DNA of 35,668 nucleotides from a virus: IMG/VR virus record IMGVR_UViG_3300045988_166040, positions 1 to 35,668 of that record; one strand, 5' to 3'. Shown piece by piece: positions 35,589 to 35,668 of this stretch (position 1 is its first letter; each line of letters starts with the position of its first letter). The notes under the pieces were generated by a model. It saw only the letters and a program-made list of their open reading frames with translations, ran no database searches and was not told where the DNA came from. The position numbers and the translations under genes were made by a program.

Positions 35589-35668
35589 GCGGGTATAGCT
35601 CAGTTATCAGTTATTAGAGCGCTTCCTTGCCATGGAAGAGGCCAGGAGTTAGAGTCTCCTAACCCGCA
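35589..35668 (+). tRNA. tRNA-Gly(GCC)-like gene with atypical 15-nt D-loop lacking G18G19 and T-loop TTAGAGT (A56)
   Basis: Hand-folded: 6-bp acceptor stem with an A7:A66 mismatch; D-stem GCTC/GAGC; anticodon stem CTTCC/GGAAG with loop TTGCCAT (anticodon GCC); variable region AGGCC; T-stem AGGAG/CTCCT. Confidence 0.6.
35617..35668 (+). repeat. Right copy of the 52-nt direct repeat (tRNA 3' part; att core candidate)
   Basis: Identical to 1..52. Confidence 0.9.

Larger units (their letters stand above)
1..35668. mobile_element. Complete temperate phage / prophage genome with 52-bp terminal direct repeat (circular permutation or att-bounded prophage)
   Basis: 1..52 are identical to 35617..35668. 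The window holds a full complement of integrase, terminase, portal, capsid, tail and lysis genes in two opposed transcription blocks. Confidence 0.8.

Noticed and set aside
35589-35668. Alternative reading of the tRNA on the - strand (anticodon GGC, Ala)
   Set aside because: The reverse orientation would need a 15-nt T-loop and a poor acceptor stem. Promoter and terminator orientation support the + strand Gly(GCC) reading.
1-35668. CRISPR arrays, IS elements, reverse transcriptase / retron or DGR components
   Set aside because: No regularly spaced repeats, transposase or RT ORF were seen on either strand.

Overview
The window is one complete temperate phage-like genome of about 35.6 kb. Nucleotides 1..52 are identical to 35617..35668, and that 52-nt repeat is exactly the 3' part of a tRNA-Gly(GCC)-like gene at 35589..35668. 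The element is therefore either a circular or permuted genome carrying its own tRNA/attP, or a prophage bounded by 52-bp att direct repeats.

The + strand runs from a divergent promoter region near 33135, through a small lysogeny module (73-aa ORF, RHH protein, 129-aa ORF, tyrosine integrase 34555..35439), the tRNA with its own consensus promoter and tandem terminators, and then about 30 small early genes (494..8697). Recognisable early families are KGG stress-repeat, Zn-ribbon+DUF1064, YopX, DUF1737, a tiny zinc finger, and paralogous one-TM proteins.

The - strand (33013 down to 8733) is the late operon: TerS, TerL, portal, scaffold, major capsid, two small head proteins, then an intrinsic terminator. 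Next comes a three-gene moron cassette of membrane-anchored exported-domain proteins (DUF3761, Excalibur, CAP/YkwD) with a long leader. After that come an N/Q/GY-rich low-complexity protein and a 2620-aa giant multidomain ('polyvalent'-type) protein with a diphtheria-toxin-like YHGT/Y-Y ADP-ribosyltransferase signature and an HExxH motif. Three tail proteins follow, then a lysis cassette (TM protein, Amidase_5/Pal-type endolysin, holin-like, Cys-rich ORF). The two strands converge at bidirectional terminators near 8684..8733.

No tail tube, sheath or tape-measure genes and no recognisable replication initiator or CI/Cro repressor are visible. A short-tailed virion is inferred. SD-type RBSs and the protein families point to a Firmicutes-like host.

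The most notable items are the giant effector-like protein, a probable -1 frameshift (A_AAA_AAG) fusing a TM anchor to a transglycosylase-like domain, the atypical tRNA/att arrangement, a 740-bp gene-free structured region, and the moron cassette with an RBS-sequestering hairpin/terminator architecture.
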